From Octopus vulgaris (lineage: Eukaryota): a DNA stretch of 64,000 nt. Under the pieces are notes generated by a model, which saw only the letters and a program-made list of their open reading frames with translations, did no database searches and had not been told where the DNA came from. This document shows, one piece after another, positions 62,903 to 64,000 of this stretch (positions are counted from its first letter, which is position 1; each line of letters starts with the position of its first letter). The stretch covers positions 26,784,001 to 26,848,000 of the forward strand of contig OX597842.1 in NCBI GenBank assembly GCA_951406725.2, written 5' to 3'. Made by a program: the position numbers and the translations under genes.

Positions 62903-64000
62903 AAATCTTTATTTAATATCAAGTAAGTTGTGTGTGTGAAGGAAATGCTCAGTACATCATCAGTGTGAAGCTAAGAGCTTCTGTTGCTGACAGTGTAGCA
63001 TCAGCCAGTGGCCATCTCAGCAGCTGTTTCGATGTTTCTAGGCTTATCGTCAAAGCTATGGTACCACAGAATATTGCCTTTGAGAAGATCCACAAACACA
63101 CACACACACACACAGGGTGCAAGCATGGGTAGGCACAGCTGTGTGGTAAGAAGGTTGCTTCCCAACCGTATGATTCTGGGTTCAGTCCCACTGTGTGGTA
63201 TCTTCTACTATAGCCTTGGGTCAACCAATCTCTCTCAATCCTACACCCCCATTCAGCTGTGGGCCCTTCTGTTGTTGGTTAATTACTTAGTGGCCTCGTT
63301 ATTTCCGCTGCTACAAAATATGCACCCAGTACACTCTGTAAAGTGGTTGGCATTATTAGGAGAGGCATCCATTCATAGACATCATACGTAAACAGACATT
63401 GGAGCTTGCTACTGTTCTCTTGTTCTTCAGTTGCTGACGAACCATCCACCCAATGCCAGTATGGGAAACAGATATTAAACGCTGATAATTATATATTATG
63501 GAAATGTGAAAGCATTGGGTTATGAAATAAATAATTTTAATAGTGAATCACAAGGTGCTACTGCAATAAATAACAATGTAAAATATATTGGGTTTGAAAA
63601 ATAACCTTGGAGGGGGTCTGGAGCCACGTGAAGGACTTGTATTTTCTGTCCAGGGTTACATACATACATACAAGAGAGTGGAGGCGCAATGGCCCAGTGG
63701 TTAGGGCAGCGGACTTGCGGTCGTAGGATCACGGTTTCGATTCCCAGACCGGGTATTGTGAGTGTTTATTGAGCGAAAATACCTAAAGCTCCACGAGGCT
63801 CCGGCAGGGGATGGTGGTGAACCCTGCTGTACTCTTTCACCACAACTTTCTCTCACTCTTTCTTCCTGTTTCTGTTGTACCTGTATTTCAAAGGGGCCGG
63901 CCTTGTCACACTCTGTGTCACGCTGAATATCCCCGAGAACTACGTTAAGGGTACACGTGTCTGTGGAGTGCTCAGCCACTTGCACGTTAATTCCACGAGC

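Overview
Eukaryotic, AT-rich, repeat-dense genomic DNA, most likely from an octopus (inferred from the SINE repertoire and (AT)/(AC)/(ATT) microsatellites, not from a database match). The window holds the 3' part of one plus-strand spliced gene, a CPSF6/CPSF7-family (CFIm68) cleavage factor subunit. I reconstructed nine coding exons (5230-52674) with GT-AG boundaries and consistent intron phases. They encode the Pro-rich region, the PAPHVNPAFFP motif, the conserved EFEEI..RN..VSSSAISRAV / [16 protein letters not shown] block and an RS/RD/RE tail. The RRM exons must lie upstream of the window. The last coding exon is frame-broken as given and sits in a zone that looks mis-assembled. A probable 3'-UTR intron leads to a long UGUA-rich terminal exon. 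Introns are filled with tRNA-derived SINEs, RTE-related elements, CR1 and RTE LINE fragments, hAT/piggyBac/Merlin-like MITEs and local tandem arrays. Almost all ORFs in the six-frame track are repeat artefacts. The most notable signals are a six-MITE array inside a single 8-bp TSD, a minimal hammerhead-ribozyme-like motif, an inverted duplication flanked by a 49-bp direct repeat, candidate cassette exons, and possible CFIm autoregulatory features. No evidence of a new multi-gene system was found. Repeat coordinates are approximate unless TSDs are quoted.
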